From: Nemertoderma westbladi | Lineage: Eukaryota; Animalia; Xenacoelomorpha | Length of the DNA: 48,272 nucleotides | Direction of reading: 5' to 3' | Assembly (NCBI GenBank): GCA_032718475.1 | Contig: JAUCBJ010004140.1 | Span: 1-48,272, forward strand | Shown: piece after piece, positions 45,669-48,272 of the stretch | Position numbering within the stretch: position 1 is the first letter of the stretch | Layout of the letters: the number at the start of each line of letters is the position of its first letter | Notes under the pieces: model-generated | The model's database searches: none | What the model saw: only the letters and a program-made list of their open reading frames with translations | What the model was told of the DNA's origin: nothing | Program-made: the position numbers and the translations under genes

Positions 45669-46949
45669 CCCCGGCCCAAGTAGGATTAAATAAAGAGGAT
45701 TTAGTATTCAAAAATGTCATTATCGAAGGAATCATCTTTGCAGAAATCATCGAGGAACAATTATGATAAATATATAAATTGAAGTGAATATACTAAAAGA
45801 ACTAACCTCGCTTTTGTGGTAGGTGTCAAGTCATTTGTTTGTGTCATATCTGAGTCATCTTCAATTGCATCTGTAGTGGTAGTCATGGTAACCTGTGAAG
45901 AAGTGTTTGTCTGAAATGCCATTTAGATGTCAGTTGTCATTTTAAAGTGATTTGTAGTCACATCTTGATTGTTTTTTTATTTGCATAAATATTTGTTATA
46001 AAGTCATTATTTTGAAACAGAATGGAATGAGATTAAAATGATGAAAAATAAAAATATTTCAAACATGGGTATATCTTTGGAACCATATATCATCGTTATA
46101 ACCAAACAGGTTTAGCTCTCAGTATACCAAAATTTTCCAAAACTAATATTCAACAAAATGTGGCAATTTGTTTTTAAAATAATGGTATTGTTCTAGAATG
46201 GTAGCTATTTTTCTAAAACTTGTCAGTTTTCATTTAGCAGCGTTCCCATATGGTAACAATAGTTATATTCCAGAATTTTATGTCACATTTAGAATTGTTA
46301 GACCAGTAGCTATCTTTTTCAAAAGATGCGATGAATTTATATTGAGTTATTAGAATACTACAGCATGTTTGTTGTTTTACCATTTCCATGACCACCGGTG
46401 ATAACACCAAGTCTGCTACCGATTCAGATTTGTTATCATATCAAAATGAAGGGCCAGAAGCTAGGTCTTCCCAAAAATAAAAGTTCCGGGTGGTTACCAA
46501 AAAGTATCCCCTATGTTGGGTGGCCCATGGACTATAATATGTGCCTCGATTGAATATTATACAAGATATTCATTAATAAAAAGTACCTTCCCTCCTTAAA
46601 TTTTAATGCGGTTTTAATGAGCTATTATTTATTCAGTTCATGTTGGGAGAACCATGTGAACTACCACCTAAATTGGTATAAAATTTTGAATAATAATGTA
46701 TAAATTTAACAATCGCATTTTTTTGAAATTTTTCTGCTCTACTAGAAAATAGACATGTTGACTATGCAATTATTACTTACACTTCTTATGCATTCTTGAA
46801 CGAATTTACAAGAATGCGAGGTGGGGTTCAAGTCTCCCACCCTAGGTGTCAAGTCTCCCCCCATTGAGGGAGGCTCGACGCTTTTTCGAAAATAACGAAT
46901 GTAATTGGTTTAATTAATTAGCAGCACTGTTTGGGCACAGTGCTTTAAA

Positions 46950-47100
46950 TGCTGCAGCCTAGCCCAACCCCGGCTTTCATCCTTCAGTGGTCGATAAATG
47001 GGAACCAAGGCAACTTGGGAAACAGAGTGGAAGGGTTTACTGTGGAAGATCACCCATGGTGGTGAATAGGCATTCCTTGGCTTAACGAGCCTAAAAGATT
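46950..47100 (+). mobile_element. Probable SINE central domain fragment
   Basis: ctttcatccttcagtggtcgataaatgggaacca resembles the conserved core of widespread metazoan SINEs (recalled, not searched). Confidence 0.4.
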
Positions 47101-48272
47101 CTCCCATTCAATTAATAAAGTATAAGTGTTGAAATTCTCAAACTCTCACATAATGAGTCTCCCTCACTCACACTAATAAATAGTTTATTTATCTATAAAC
47201 ATTAAATATACAATTTATAAGGCTAGCTAGTAATTTTCCAAATTAGCTATTATTTTTAAATAAATTAAAAAAAAAATTATTAAAAATTAGTAATTATGTG
47301 TAATAAATAGATTATTTATCATTTATAAACATTTAAAATTAAAAAAAAAAATTACAAATTATCAGGCTAGCTAGCTTAGTGATTTAACAAATTAGCTATT
47401 ATTAAAATTTTTTGTTTCACAATTATACTTTTCTTTTATACTATTCTTTGGAAATGTCAATAATATTTGTATCTTTAGAGCACTTTTTGTTTTCGTGACG
47501 TGGCATTTTATTTAATGAAAACAATTAAAGTGAACCTACTACTGTAAACATTAAAAAACATTCTAGAATAATAGTATTTAAATAATATAGTATTTAAAGC
47601 CAACAGCTTAACATTTTAAGGTGTATTATTACGAATTATAAATTTTTTAAAAAATGTTCTAGAACAAAAAATATTTGTTCAGAACATTTTTTCGCCGAAT
47701 CCGTATCCGTATGTACATACGCGTATGTGCCGTATGTAATGGATTCCTATGGAGAATAATTCGTATGTAATTTTAGAGATTAGGCATTGCGGACCAGTAA
47801 GAAGTGCACATCACACATGCAGACTGAAGACAGGTAGGCCTACTTAAAGCTAAGTGATTTAAAAAGTATGGCTGCCGCTACCTTTTGTCTAATAAACAGT
47901 GCAGGACAGGTCCAGGATGAGTGATAGCCGGTGTCCGCCAGCCCCGGGATGCGCCAGAAGTGCAGTACCTATTAACCATAACTCTTCTTGACGCCGCTTG
48001 GAAATCTAACCAACCGTGAATCCGTGATTTATTTTTGAACTGTTTTTCCACCAACCTGGCTATAGAATGTTGTTGGTTGCTACACTATATGGCACTAACA
48101 TAGTATAGACTGATAGAAGCAGCAATGAGAATGCTAAGGGAATAAACATTCGCACAGATATTGAAAACCGTCGTGTCAGTCTGTCCTTCTTTGTGAATTT
48201 ATTAACATAAAATATATGTACCTTTACTTTCGCTGTTTCGGGCCAGTATTTAGTTAACCATATGCAACCAAG

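Larger units (their letters stand above)
42605..46534 (+). mobile_element. Academ-type DNA transposon, internally deleted
   Basis: About 845-bp TIRs (42605-43450 / 45686-46534) starting TAGTCCATGG; 3-bp TSD TAA; internal transposase relic. Confidence 0.82.
41918..47173. mobile_element. TA-targeting (Tc1/mariner-pogo type) non-autonomous element hosting the Academ insertion
   Basis: TA at 41916-41917 and 47174-47175; imperfect TIR gggtgagagaggg / ccctcactcacac; ggggagac motifs inverted between the arms; empty-site paralogue at 47285-47310. Confidence 0.6.

Overview
AT-rich eukaryotic (invertebrate animal-like) genomic DNA, mostly nested transposable elements between two host-type ORFs: a 1151-aa low-complexity ORF (614-4069, +) and a 14-finger C2H2 zinc-finger gene (37397-39199, +). 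The centre is a young BEL/Pao LTR retrotransposon on the minus strand (9068-34584, LTR copies about 99% identical by eye). Once its insertions are removed it has one gag-pol ORF of about 2650 codons plus a decayed extra ORF before the PPT. It is interrupted by (i) a 1064-bp non-coding, highly structured insert flanked by a 7-bp direct repeat, which I cannot assign to a known family, and (ii) a full-length CR1/L2-group LINE (13-bp TSD, polyA) whose ORF2 starts with a variant 2A-like peptide (DIESQPGP). The LINE is itself hit by a non-autonomous Transib/RAG-like element (CACAGTG ends, 5-bp TSD, asymmetric 12/22 RSS-like spacing) and by a Helentron-type element carrying CTCF-like motifs. To the left is an RTE LINE split by a Mutator-like MITE. 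To the right is a second nest (TA-target element > Academ > MITE > RTE fragment). All calls were made by eye from motifs, TSDs and reading-frame restoration; no database searches were run.
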